NCBI RefSeq assembly: GCF_020745735.1
Contig: NC_083409.1
Location: 19,922,341-19,986,340, forward strand
From: Hemiscyllium ocellatum
Taxonomy: Eukaryota
Reading direction: 5' to 3'
DNA length: 64,000 nucleotides
In this document: positions 24,671-37,830 of the stretch, one piece after another
How the letters are laid out: every line of letters begins with the position of its first letter
How positions within the stretch are numbered: position 1 is the first letter of the stretch
Notes under the pieces: model-generated
The model's database searches: none
What the model was told of the DNA's origin: nothing
Seen by the model: only the letters and a program-made list of their open reading frames with translations
Position numbers and translations under genes: made by a program

Positions 24671-27459
24671 AGAGAGAGCTTGCACTGCTGCTGAGGATTA
24701 TGGGTAAAGTCCCCTTCCATTCGTGCCCACACAAACCAGCAGCTACTTCAGCTGCTTTATTGAAAACCACAAGCTTTCAAGGCGCTGTTCTTTCAACGGT
24801 GGAACTGGACACACGATCATATGAGTTAGGGGCAGAGGAAGGAGATTCATCCTCTTGAGCCTGCTCCCCATGGCTGACCTGATTATTCCACATTCTTGCC
24901 TTACTCTGATAGATTCTTGAAAACAATGGCTATCTACTTCTTCACTACAAGCATTCAGAGGTTTCATTTCTATGTTTGATGAAGAGTTCCAAAGATCTAT
25001 GACCTTATGCAAGAAATAAAAACTGCTTTTCTCGGTCTTCTATGAGGGAAATTGTTTTAATTTGATATTCTCCCCGAAAAGGAAACACGCTTTTCACATC
25101 CACACTGTATTCTATGTTCATGTTGATATGGAATCTGCTTTAATCAGCTGCTCTCTCATGAGAACAGCAGCCTATCCTGCCACCTTCAGTGACTGATGCA
25201 CAGAAACATCCAGGTCCTCCTGCTCCTCAACACATCCATACTTGTACCCTTTAGTTTGTTGTGTCTCTCCACGTTTTCTTTCCAAAATGAATCAGTGACA
25301 TCTCTTTCCATTAAATTGTTTCTACAGCCATCTGCTCATTCCATTAACTTATCTACATCCTTTTTGAAGTTAGACACTATCTTCTTCATCAGCCGTAATA
25401 CATTCAAGTTTCATACCATCAGCAAATTTTGAAGTTATGCCTTGTACACTCAGGTTAACATAGATTTAAATATTTTAAACTATTTTACAAACTATTGTAA
25501 ATTAAACCTCAAATTTATTGCCCATCTCTAGTTACTCGGACTGAGTTCTGAGCTCGATCATGGGGCCATTAAGAATGAATTGCGTCACTGTGTGGGACTG
25601 GAGTCACAGACCGGGTGATGACTGGGTTCCCTTGTCCAAACTACATTCATGAACATGACATTGAGTTTCCTGGGTTTTTTGTTCAGATTCCTTCCCAGAT
25701 ATTACACGGCTCACCACCGCCCTCTCCAGGACAATTAGGAAAGGGCAACAAATAGCAGCCACTTTTGTGCCCGCCCATCCCAAGAGAAATCAAAATAAAT
25801 GAGATACACTTCAAATCATCAAACTGGTGAGGCTTGAATTCATATCTTTGGAAGACTGGAGCCTAGGCTAGAAACAGAGCCATGACATGGGTGACCCTGG
25901 TTTGTCAGACTGAAAGGTGGAGGGTCCTTTGGATTGACACTGGGATCAGAAACAAAATGAATTACACTCAAAGACCAAACACACGGCTATCAAAGCGGGT
26001 CACCAAACTGCAAAGAGCAGCAATTTATCTGGGAGACCTCAACAGGTATCAGTGGGTGTAAGAGCAATAGGCAGGCAAGTGTCAGATATTGTTGAACACA
26101 CCAGAAACACAGTCACACAGAAAGGGAGGCTTTTGGGATAGAGCAGGGAAACAGGAATAACTGAATTTCTCCACTGAGAGCTGGAAGGGGTTTTCCTGGT
26201 TGTAACTCCTCTGAGAATGATAAAGGTTGAAGGGCCATTTATATTATAAATAACACTGCAGTGCGCAAGAAAGGATGTTGAGTGACAGATCTCCTTGAAC
26301 TTGGAAACAATATCAGAAATAAAGGTCAATGTGATTTTGGATAGAATATTGAGAGTGAGGAGGTGGAGGGGAGAGTGACCATGGCAGCTGATCTGAAGAA
26401 TGGTTAGGTCATGGCTAGAATGGTGCACAGTTAGGGGCTGCTTTTAGGGACAATACATAATGGGACATGGACAGGGGATCTAGGGTCACCAGAGATGTGC
26501 AGTATAGCAAATGGAAAATGCCATGGAAAATGCAGGATTACAGGGATAGGTCGAGTAGGTGTGGGTCGGAGTGGGGTGACCTTCAAGGGGTCTGTATGAG
26601 CTTGCTGGACTGTGTGGCCTGCTTCCACTCTGTAGGAATTCCTCGAATCTGTGATTCTATGAAGGCCAGAACAGGATCTCAACAGTGGAGGGAGGGTATT
26701 CTGATGTTCAAACATTCTTAAACAAATAAACACAGTAAATGTAGATTTACGATCAGTGCAGACAAACTGAAAGGCAAAATGACATATTCTCCAGTCATAT
26801 ACCAGGTACAGAAAAGAGATCAGGAAAAACATTTTGATGCAGTTATTGGAACTTAATGATGAATGATGATAAACAGAGTGCTCCATTCAAAAAAAGACAG
26901 AATTACTTTTTAGAATTTCAACAGGCCTGAAGCAAAAGAGGAAATCAGGATCAAATAGTCATTTGAGAATATAGTACTTGAGTGAGATAAAACCCTTCTT
27001 GTGAAAACATTTCATTTTGCCTTGCTTTCTCTCCATGGATGCTGGCTGACCCACTGGAATCTCCATTCTTTTGCTGCGCTATTTCTTACAAATTGTCTTG
27101 TTGTGTGCAAGACAAAAGCTTTGACAAAATGTCTCTTTTTTTTTCAGTAACACTTGAATTTGGATCAGTTTGGAGAGAAAGCAGGGCCATGGAATCATCT
27201 TTCCCTGCAGGGAGGGAGGGAGTGTGTGTGGAATCTCCCATGGGCAGGGTTCTCCTGGCTGCCACCACATCAGGAAGGCTGGAGCTTGATGATCGAGCTG
27301 AATGGACAGGGCTCACTCTCACAGTCCTCAGGGCCATGAAGCCTCTTGTGATGGGAGCATCTGCTTGGTGTCGAGGGCAAACAATGACATTGCAGTGGGA
27401 TTGGAAATGGGACAACTCGCCACTGGATGCTGCACAATGGCTACACTGCCTCTTCCTCT

Positions 27460-28240
27460 CTGCCTGATCCCTCCCCACACACAGCAAAAGCTGCATGAGG
27501 AGCCTGTTCTAAAGGGCTACAACACACTGCAGCACTCCCGACCTGCAAAAAGAAGAACACTTCTACAAAGACTTTGCCAAGAACGGATATTCCTGCAACT
27601 TCATCCACAGATGTATAACAGACAAACAACGCGATGAGGACATGCCACAACCTAACTCACGAGCCATGCTACCTTATATAAAAACATCACAGTACTCCAA
27701 CCACTCATAAACTGTCCAAAAACTGACAGCCAGACAAACTCAGACAACAACTCATGAGAACAAAAGGCCCACCATGTGAAAGACAGATGTAATTTACAAG
27801 AATCCATGCAACGTTTTGCACGAAACACCTCGGACAAACAGCCAGACAACTAGCCATCCACATCCATGAACACCAACGAGCCACTAAACCCCATGAGCAG
27901 CTGTCCCTAGTAGCTATACACACAGATGACAAGAACCACAAATTCGATTGGGCCAACACTATGATCATAGGACAAGCTCAACAGAGGGTAGCCAGAGATT
28001 TTCTAGAGGCATGACACTTATCCATGGGCTCCATCAATAAACACATTGACCTAGACCCAACGAACATCAGGAACCAGTAACTGGAAACAGCAAGAATGGA
28101 AACAAATAAATTCCAGGAGATACAGCACAACGGTACTTCACAGGAAGCTCCAAAGCTCTGAAGATGTCACCTAGACAGAGGATAAAATGTCTACAAATCA
28201 ACGTCTCAGTTCAGCGAGCATACCCACAACTACAGCAAAA
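27460..28240 (+). mobile_element. Penelope-like element 3' fragment (second family)
   Basis: Frame-broken GIY-YIG C-terminal region (IHEHQRATKPHEQLSLVAIHTDDKNHKFDW) and a decayed CTGAAGA...AAAATGTC terminus at ~28158-28195. Confidence 0.7.
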
Positions 28241-29172
28241 ATGAGACGTTTTCCTTTCCTACAGTGCTCTCCAAATCCTTACCTGCCCTCCTCATTGTCA
28301 TATCCTCCTGCCCCTTCCTACATATAGAATGGGACAGCCTGGTCCTGAGGCTTATAACAGCCTTCTGGAACAAAGTCTCCAGGTATCTGTGCACCTCCCT
28401 GATTTGTCATCAATACTTTCAACTCAGCCTCCAATCCAAACACCCGGTGTGGGAATTGTTGTAGATTTACCCATTCACTACAGATGTGTTTAATCTGAGT
28501 CACTTTAACTCAATAAAGAAATGTTGATCCCATTTGCAAACGAAAGATGTCTATTCCTCTATCCAACCAGTAATTGTCTTCAGTATCTGAATTAAAGTTT
28601 TAGTGCTTTCCATTTATTGACCATCCCGAATGGAGTGTTCCGAAGCAGTACAAGACGACATGAGGATATAGATGGGCTGGAGGGTCAGATGGTTTGATCA
28701 GTAACAAGTGTAATTCATTCAGATAAATGTGAGTCCGTGGACTGAGCTCCCTCTGACCATGTGAGTGAGGTGAGGGCAGAGTGACAGCCCTTGACATCAA
28801 GGCCTCTTTGATGGTGTGTGGCATCAAGGAGCCCGAGCAATGCAGCAGCTTTTCACCTGCTATTCCAGGGAAAGGATCAACATCTGGATCCCTCGGAGCA
28901 ACTCCTTAGAGTTCTGTCATTCTGAAGGGACACGTTCTCCTTCTCACCTCAAAAAGACCCACTGCCAGTCCGTCAGCAATGAGGCAATCAGCTCCGAACA
29001 CTCCCTGAGTGAGCTCACTCCATTATGTTCAGTTGCACTGCCAGAGAGCCCATTCTTCCACTCCAGGGTTTTGTTCGCCCTCCCATCACAGAGTCCCCCC
29101 GTGAACCCCTTCAGTTCGCTGTCCATTGGAGGGGGCTGATGCCAGTGGTTTTGATGGATGCATCTGTGTGTG

Positions 29173-29205
<33 letters not shown>

Positions 29206-29206
29206 T
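29173..29206. repeat. (TA)n microsatellite
   Basis: Direct reading. Confidence 0.95.
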
Positions 29207-29659
29207 AAAACTCAATATGTTCCCTGTTCCCCACCCACACACATATGGACACAGGCTCTTTTCCATTCACCGTACACCATCAGGCACAGGTATTCAGGAT
29301 GGGTACTGACCCTTCAGAGCACCACCATGGTGGATGGGGGGTTATAGAGTGAAAGGTACCCTCTTCACTCCGGGTTGGAACTTCCCCATCTACAGTCTGA
29401 GTTCAGCTTACTCTCAGCATCATTCTTCAATCTTTCTGAACTCCAACATACCTTTCTTCTCTTCTCCAGTTATTGGGGAAAATTTTCTCAGGGCCCTGTG
29501 TTCTTGCTGAAAGTACCCCTTCTGGCCCTAACTGTAGTGTGGCCCTCCTGCTCCCAGGACCCCATTGGACTCTCTATTTTCTCTCCCGTTTTCCGTGCCC
29601 TGATGGTGGAGGGTTTCACTTCACACACCTTTCCCTTAGGCTTCAGTTCGGGACATTTC

Positions 29660-30490
29660 CAAAGCACACGCGAGACAGAGACAAAGACAGAGATTGAATC
29701 TTCTTCATCTTTATTTCCCTTTCCAGACTGACATTGACAGAAAATAGTCAGCAATTAACAGCCCAGACAGAGGAAGCTGCACAAATTCACAGCCACAATG
29801 GAGCTTGAGGAAAACACTTGTGGAGATTTTCCCAATAACATGAGAATCCTGTCCCTTTAAACAGTGACAAAACCTTAAGGTGGGACTGGCGGCTCAGCAG
29901 GAAGGAGATCTGGTTTACTGAAGCAGAGAATTCTGAGGTACACATTGTTTTTATACAGCTGACTGTCTTCAATACCTTTGAAAGGTTATGCTTGTTATCA
30001 CAAGTCAACATTGTCCCCAACAAACAGTCTCCTGGACAGGGACAGAATAGGGTTAGATACAGAGTAAAGCTCTTTCTGTACTGTTCCCACCAAAGACACC
30101 CAGGACAGGGACAGGATAAGAAACAGAATAAAGCTGTCTCCACACTGACAGGAACAGCACTGGTTGGGTACAGAGTGAATCTCTGTCTATTGTGTCACAG
30201 TTACCCGCCTTAACCCCTGAACCTCAGAGTCTCCAGAGGCCAGTCTCACGAAGGAAGAGAGTTGAAATTCAGTGCTGACAATAACCTTTGACCTGCCAGC
30301 TCAGCCCTGTTCTATTTAAAGTTGTGTCTCCTCTGTGGACTGTCTCCAACACTCTACACACATTCTGATCTCCTGATGCTCTTGCTGAGGGGAGAGGGGA
30401 GGGTCACATGGGTGAGGGCACAGGAGAAGCAAGCGTTGGATTGGCAAATGTATCATTTTGAATATTTGTATCCAACATCTAACAAACCCG
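29660..30490 (-). pseudogene. Ig light-chain C remnant C2: coding part 30354-30440 only, plus 3' UTR with poly(A) signal 29710-29715
   Basis: Minus strand reads SNACFSCALTHVTLPSPLSKSIRRSECV*. It is joined directly to J-C intron sequence (30443-30490, matching 15490-15548), so the acceptor and the 5' three quarters of the exon are missing. Confidence 0.9.
30005..30200 (+). repeat. About 3 degenerate units of a ~60-bp repeat (CAGGACAGGGACAG...GGGTTAGATACAGAGTAAAGCT) in the C2 3' UTR; single units in the C1 (~16100-16175) and C3 (~38630-38700) UTRs
   Basis: Unit-to-unit similarity and the same relative position in all three paralogs. Confidence 0.65.
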
Positions 30491-30789
30491 ATGTTTTTTA
30501 AATTCCCTTTTATTGTGGATATTGAAGTCCCCCACCCAGAGTACATTCTGTGCCCTCACCACCCTCAGAGCTTCCTCCAAGTGCTGTTCAACATGGAGGA
30601 GAGACTGACTCATCAGCCGAGGGAGGACAGAACATGGTCATCAGTCAGAGGTTTCACAGAATCAGATAATCATACAGTGTAGAAGAGGTCCCTCATCTGA
30701 TCATGTCTGTCCCACCAAGGCAAAACTAAATCTACTCTCCATCCACTTTCCAGAACTGGGCCCAAGGTATTGAACGTTCGGATATTTCA

Positions 30790-31295
30790 GGCGCTAATCC
30801 AGGCATTTTTTAAAAGATAGGCATATTTTATGGGGATCTGCTCTGCTCTTTGAATAGTGTCATAGCATCTTCTACTGGCCCCTGAGAGGGCAGACATCAG
30901 AACATCCCATCTGAAAGATGGTCCCTGAGAACTGAACCTCTGACAGTGTTGCACTCCCTCAGTATTGACACACCAGCAGTGTAGCACTCCCTCATCATGA
31001 ACTATCTGACAGTGCAGCACTCCCACAGTATTGACTTTCTGATATTGTGGCATTCCCTCAGTACGAACCCTCTGACAGTGTGGCACTGTCTCAGTACTCA
31101 CCCTCTGACAGTGCAACCCTCCCTCAGCACTCACTCTCTGACAATGCAGCACTCCCTCAGTACTGACCCACCATTAGTGTAACACTCCCTCAGTACTGAC
31201 CCTTCAATAGTGTGGCACTCCCTCAGGACTGTCCCTCTGACAGTGTGGCAGTCCCTCAGTACTGACCCTCTGACAGTGTTGCACTGCACTCTCAG
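30790..31295 (+). repeat. DeuSINE (AmnSINE1/SacSINE1-like) core followed by a ~31-34 bp minisatellite of CTCTGACAGTGCAGCACTCCCTCAGTACTGACC; a further Deu-like fragment at ~13060-13280
   Basis: About 10 degenerate tandem units at 30930-31290; the unit matches my recollection of the Deu core. Confidence 0.65.
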
Positions 31296-33303
31296 TCTGG
31301 ATAATTTGCTTCAGTGATGGAATCATGTAATGATGGAATCTGTACAACGTCGAACAGGCCATTCACTCCAATGAGTTCCCACCAATCCTCCGAAGAGCAT
31401 CCCACCCAGATCCAAACCAATGCACTATCCCTGCAACCTGCATTTCCCAATGGCTCATACACCCAATCTGCTACATTGTGAGTGGGAGGGGAGAGTGCTC
31501 CCCACTGAGACCAGGCTGAAATCTCCCGGTCCATCAGCCCGCCTTGCTTCCCCATCCCAGCCCACACATGGAGGAATGAGACCACCTGGGGAGGCTAGAG
31601 ATGTTTCCAAGCCAGAGATAGTGCCTTCAGGAGAGAGATGGGGAACAGATGATAGGAACAGGGGGCAGTGTAATCAGTTATCTTGAGGTGGGGTGTAGGA
31701 CACATTGAAGCAAGCGATGGCAGGTGCTGAGCCCTTTCCCCAGAAAAGTTTGTAAGTCGCTGGGTGAAAGAGGGAGGGCCACTAGAGTAACACCTTTGTT
31801 GCTGCTAAAACTCTTGCTGACTGCTCAGTCACGTCTGAGAGACACACAGACACATCAGACACAGGAGGCAACTTTCTGTGGATGTTCTCCTGGGGCAGGT
31901 CTCATCAATCACGGAGCTATGGTCAGTAACAGTGTAAGCTGTGCGGCCCTGAAAGCCTGAGTCTGCAACTCAGCTCGGAAGGACGTCAGCTCATTCGTCA
32001 AACCTGGTTCTGTCCCTCTGCAGCCTAGCCGGTCTGCCTGTGCCTTTTCACCACTCCCAGGTTTTCCCTTGTGCCACAGCTCATTCTCCTGAGGGACAGC
32101 TGTACTCAGGCCCAGCACATGATCTTGTCCCACTGTCAGATCCTCTTCGAGAAACTCATGGCTCACCACCGCCCTCTCCAGGATAGTTAAGGAAGGGCAA
32201 TAAACAACAGACAAAGCAATGTCCTCCCCATCCCAGGAGTAATCAAAATAACTGATGGACAATTCAAACAATCAAACTGGTAGAAGGTAGTTAAATCATT
32301 CCAGTGATTAAATTTCACCTGGTAATTCCTGTACTAAGTTCAAGGTGAAGCTATCTTGTTCTCTGCTAAATTTAGACCAATTTTCATTGTTAACTTAATA
32401 CATTTCCATCTTCATTCTTCCTCTCCAAACTGATCCTAATTTGAATGTTTCGAAAAACAAAATTGTCCTGATGAGGGCAAAATGAAAAGCTTCCAAAAAC
32501 CGGACATTTTTCAGGCCAGTTTAATATTCTAAAATGACTATTTGATCCTAATTTGCTCTTTTGCTTCAGACCTGTTCAAATTTCAAGAAGTAATTCTGTC
32601 CCATTTGAATGGAAGACTCAGTTTACCAGCACTTGCTAAATTCCAATTTCTATATCAAAATATTTTTCCTGATCTCCCTCCTGTTCCTGGTGTATGACCA
32701 GAGAATGTGTCATTTTGCCTTTCTGTTTGTCGGTATTGACAGTAAATCTACATTTACTTTGTTGATTTTATAAAGAAGTTTTGTTATCAGAATACCCTCC
32801 CTCCCCCCTCGAGATTCTGTTCTGGTGTTTCCCTGTAACCTAGATCCCCTATCCCTATCCTTGGACCATTCTGCATTGCCCCTTGTGGAAGCACATAACT
32901 GTCCACCATATTCCAGATGTGACCTAACCATTCTTCAGTCCAGCTGTCCTGGCCACTCCCCCCTCCATCTCCTCACTCTCAACATTCATTCCAAAGTCCC
33001 ATTGGCCTTTCCCATTTCTTTTTTTCCAATTTTCTTTCCCAATTTTAAGTATTTATGTTGCTCAACATCCATTCTTGCCCACTGCAGTACATTGTTTACA
33101 ATATGAGATGCACCTAATCCTTTAACGTTCTGCGTCATTAGAACCAGGAAAGCTCTCAATAGAAAAATTCAATTAATCCCATTGCCCTGCTCTATCCCAA
33201 CAGCTTTAGTGCATTTATGGTGCATTCAATGACATCTGACACTTGTCTGTCTTACCCTCTTACACCCACTAATGGCTTTCTCTTGAGTTCTTCCTGACAA
33301 ATT

Positions 33304-33597
33304 GATTAGATTAGTAACAGCGTGGAAACAGGCCCTTTGGGCCAACAAGTCCACACCGACCTGCCAAAGCATAACCCACCCAGATCCATTTTCCTACATT
33401 GACCCCTTCACCTAACACTATGGGTAATTTAGCATGGCCAGTTCATCTAACCTGAAACCGGAGCTCCCGGAGAAAACCCACGCAGACACGGGGAGAATGC
33501 GCAAACTCCACACAGAGAGCCGCCTGAGGTGGGAATTGAACCCACGTCTCTGGCGCAGTGAGGCAGCAGTGCTAACCACTGTGCCACCGTGCCGCCC
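33304..33597 (-). mobile_element. HE1-like V-SINE
   Basis: Head, V-domain and (TAATC)n tail on the minus strand. Confidence 0.88.
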
Positions 33598-33889
33598 GTA
33601 AAATTGCAGTTTGGTGCCACACTTTGGTAAGCGTTTGTTCGGTCTTTGTGTAATTCATTTTGTGCCTGATCCGTAAGGGACTCCACCTTGCAATTTAAAA
33701 ATGCAAGCTCACCCATGTCATGGCCGAGACTCCAGTCTTTCAAAGAGATGAATTTAAGCCTCACCAGTTTAATCATTTGAATTGTACGTCATTTATTTTG
33801 ATTTCTCCTGGGATGGGGCAAGCTTTGATTTGTCTGCTATTTGTTGTCCTTCCCTAATTGTCCTGGAGAGGGCGGTGGTGAGCAATGTC

Positions 33890-35430
33890 ATACTTGGAAC
33901 ATAAAACATTACAACGCAGTCCAGGCCCTTCAGCCCTCGGTGTTGTGCCGACCTGTGGAACCATTCTGAAGCCCATCTATCCCAACTATTCCATTTTCAT
34001 CCATATGTTTATCCCGTGCCCATTTAAATGCCCTTAGTGTTGGCGAGTCTGCTACTGTTGCAGGCTGTGCATTCCATGCCCTACTAGTCTCTGAGTAAAG
34101 AAACTACTTCTGACATCTCTCCTATATCTATCACCCCTCAATTTAAACGTATGTCCCCTCAGCATCTGAGGAAAAAGGCTCTCACTGTCCACCCTATCTA
34201 ACCTTGTGATTACCTTCGTATGTTTCAATTAAGACAACTCTCTCTCTGACAAAAACAGCCACAAGTCCCTCATCCTTTCCTCATTAGGCCTTCCCTCCAT
34301 GCCAGGCAACATCCTAGTATATTTCCTCTGAACCCTTAAGTTCCCATATCCTTTTTTTAATGCGGTGACCACAACTGTATGAAATACTCCAAATGCGGCC
34401 ACACCAGAGTTTTGTACAGCTGCAGCATGACCTCATGGCTCCTAAACCCAATCTCTCTACCAATAAAAGTTAACCCACCATAAGCCTTCTTAACCACCCT
34501 ATCAAACTGGATTGCAACTTTCAAGGATCTGTGCACATGGACACCGAGATCTCTCTGCTCATCTACACTACTAAGAATTTTACCATTAGCCCAGTGCTCT
34601 TTCTTCATGGTGCTCGTTCCAAAGTGAATCATTTCAACTTTTCTGCATTAAACTCTGTATTTGCCACCTCTCAGCCCAGCTCTGCAGCTTATCCATGTCT
34701 CTGTGTAACCTGCAATATTTTTCAGCACTATCCACAACTCCACAAACCTCAGTGTCATCCGCAAATTTACTAAGTCATCCTTCTACGCCCTCATTCAGGT
34801 CATTTATAAAAATGGTAAACAGCAGTGGCCCCAAAAGAGATGTTTGCGTTACACCACTAGTAACTGAACTCCAGGATGAACATTATCCATCAACAACTAC
34901 ACTCTGTCTTCTTTCAGCTAACCAACTTCTGATCCAAACCGCTAAATCACTCTTAATCCCATGCCTTGGTATTTTGTGGAGAACCTTATCCAATGCTTTA
35001 CTGAAGTGCATATCCACCACATCAACCGCTTTACCCTCATGCACCTGTTTGGTCACCTTCTGAAAGAACTCAATAAGGTTTGTGAGGCCAGATCTACCAT
35101 GCTGACTATCCCTAATCAACTTATTCCTTTCTAGATGATTATAAATTCTATCTCTTCTAACCTTTTCCAACACTTTACCCACAACCGAAGTAAGGCTCAC
35201 TGGTCTATAATTACCAGGGTTGTGTCTACTCCCCTTCTTGAACAAGGGGAGTAGACACAACCCTTGCTATCCTCCAGTATTCTGGCACTGTTTCTGTCGA
35301 CAATGATAACATAAAGATCAAAGCCAAAGCCTCGGAAATCTCCTCCCTGGCTTCCCAGAGAATCCTTGGATAAATCCCAACCGGCCTAGGGTACTTAAAT
35401 ATTTTCGCACTTTCCAGAATTGCTAACTCC
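33890..35430 (-). mobile_element. CR1 LINE ORF2 3' half
   Basis: NPGNYRPVSLTSVVGKVLE, LTNLIEFF, LYKTLVWPHLEYFIQLWSPH. Confidence 0.85.
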
Positions 35431-35439
35431 TCCTCCTTA

Positions 35440-37560
35440 AGAGGGAAATCAGGATGGCACAAAGGTAACATGAGACAGCTTTGCTTAATTTGGCTAAGGA
35501 GAATCCAAAGGAATTTTATAAATGCATTAAGGACAAAAGAGTAATAATTAAAAGAATAGGACCCCTCAAAGATCAGCAAGGCAGCCCATGTGTGGAACTG
35601 CAGGAGATGGGGCAAATACTAAACAAGTATTTTTCGTAAATGTTTACTGTGGAGAAAGACACAGCAGATATAGAATGTGGGGAAATAGATGGTGACATCT
35701 TGAAAAATGTCCATATTACAAAGGGGGAAGTGCGGTATGTCTTAAAATGCATAAAGTAGATAAATCACTGGGACCAGATCAGATGCACCGCAGAACTCGG
35801 TGGGAAGCTAGGGAAGTGATTGCTGGGCGACTTGCTGAAATATTTATATCATCAATGGTCACAGGTGAGGTGCTGGAAGACTGGAGTTTAGCTAACATGG
35901 TAAGGAGGGGAATCCTGAGGGGCAGGATTTACATGCATTTGGAAAGACAAGGACTGATTCAGGATAGTCAACATGGCTTTGTATCTGGGAAATCATAACT
36001 CACTAACCTGATTGAGTGTTTTGAAGATGTAACAAAGACAATTGATGATGTCAGAGCAGTGGATGTGATGTATATGGACTTCAGTGAGGCATTCAACAAG
36101 TTTTCTTGCGTTGGATTGGTTTGCAAGGTTAGATCACATGGACAAACAGAGAGAACTAGCTGTTTGGATATAGAAATGGCTTGAAGGTAGAAGACTGTGA
36201 GTGATGGAGGAGAGTTGCTTTTCAGACTGGAGGCCTGTGATCAGTGGTGTGCCATAAGGATCGGTGCTGGGTCCACTGCTTTTTGTCATTGACATAAGGA
36301 TTTGGATGTGAACATAGGAGGTACAGTTAGTAAGTTTGCCCATAACATCAAATTAGAGATGTAGTGAGAAGTGAAGAAGGTTACTACAGAGCACAATGGG
36401 CGGACGAGTGGCAGATGGAGTTTACTTTAGATAAATTTGAGGTGCTGTATTTTGGAAAGTCAAATCAGGCCAGGATTTAGATGCTTAATCATGGAATTCC
36501 TACAGTATGGAAACAGGCCATTTGGCCCAACAAATCCACACCGACCCTCTGAAGAGTAACCCATCCAGACCAATTCCCCGGCCCTGTTCCTTTACATTTA
36601 TCCCTGACTAATGAATCTAACGTACTTATGCCTGAACATTGGACAATTTAGCATGGCTAATTCACCAACTGCACATCTTTAGACTATGGGAGGTAACCCA
36701 CGCAGACACATGGAGAATGTACAAATTTCGCAAGGAAAGTCACCCAAGATTTGAACTGAACCAAGGCTCTGGCACTGTGAGGCAGCAGTGTTAACCACTG
36801 AGGCACTGAGTCACCATGTCATCCCTTAATGGTAACGTACTGGGGAGTGTTGCTGAACAAAAAGACCTTGGAATGCAGGTTCATAGTTTCTTGAAATTAG
36901 AGTCACAGGTCAAAAAGATAGTGAATAAGGCACTTGGTATGCTTTCCATTATCAGTCAGAGTATTGAATACAAGAGTTGGAAGGTCATATTGCGGCTGTA
37001 CAGAACATTGGTTTGGCCACATTTGGAACGTTGTGTGCAAATCTGGTCTCTCTCTTATCGGAAAGAAGTTGTGAATCTTGAAAGGGGTCAGAGAAGATTT
37101 ACAAGAATGCTACCAGTGTTGTTTTTTTTAGCAATGGGGTGAGGCTGAACAGACTTGGGACTGTTTTCTCTGGAGTGTCGGAGGCTGAGGGGTGACCTTA
37201 TAGAAGTTTATAAAATCATGAGCAGTATGGGTAGGGTAAATAGACAAGGCGTTTTCCCTGGGGTGGGGGAGTCCAGAACTGGAGGGCATAGATTTAGAGT
37301 GAGAGGGGAAAGATTTGAAAGAGTCCAATGGGGCAACTTTTACACACAGACGGTGGTGCCTGTATGGAATGAGCTGCCAGAGGAAATGGTGCAGGTTGAT
37401 ACAATTACAACATTTCAAGGACATTTGGATGGGTGTATAAATACGAAGGGTTTGGAGGGATATGGGCCAAGTGTTGCCAAATGGGTCTAGATTAGTTTCA
37501 TATATCTGGTCTATATGGATAAATTGGACCGAAGGGTTTGTTTCTGTGCTGTCCATCTCT
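35440..37560 (+). mobile_element. CR1 LINE ORF2 3' half, with a SINE inserted at ~36490-36820 (CTTAAT duplicated)
   Basis: SQHGFVSGKS, LYRTLVWPHLERCVQIW, LGLFSLECRRLRGDLIEVYKI. Confidence 0.85.
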
Positions 37561-37614
37561 ATGATTCTGAGATTCTATGAAATGCAGCAAAGTTGAGAAA
37601 CAAATACACAGACA

Positions 37615-37830
37615 TTAACTGGGTAACAGTCCCACCCACACACAGAGACACACGCCTACAGACAGTACTGGGTTACAGATACATGAACAGTCAAGGATAT
37701 ACACCGACAGACAGTACTGAATAACAGTCACACCCACACTCACAGACATGGACCATCAGTCAGTACTGGGTAACAGTCATGCCCACACTGACAAATGCAC
37801 CTACAAGACATCATTGGGTTATAGTCATAC
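37615..37830 (+). repeat. Degenerate minisatellite (ACAGTACTGGGTAACAGTCA...CCCACAC units)
   Basis: 4-5 recognisable units. Confidence 0.6.

Noticed and set aside
30930-31290. CRISPR-like array
   Set aside because: Vertebrate DNA, contiguous degenerate tandem units and no unique spacers or cas genes.
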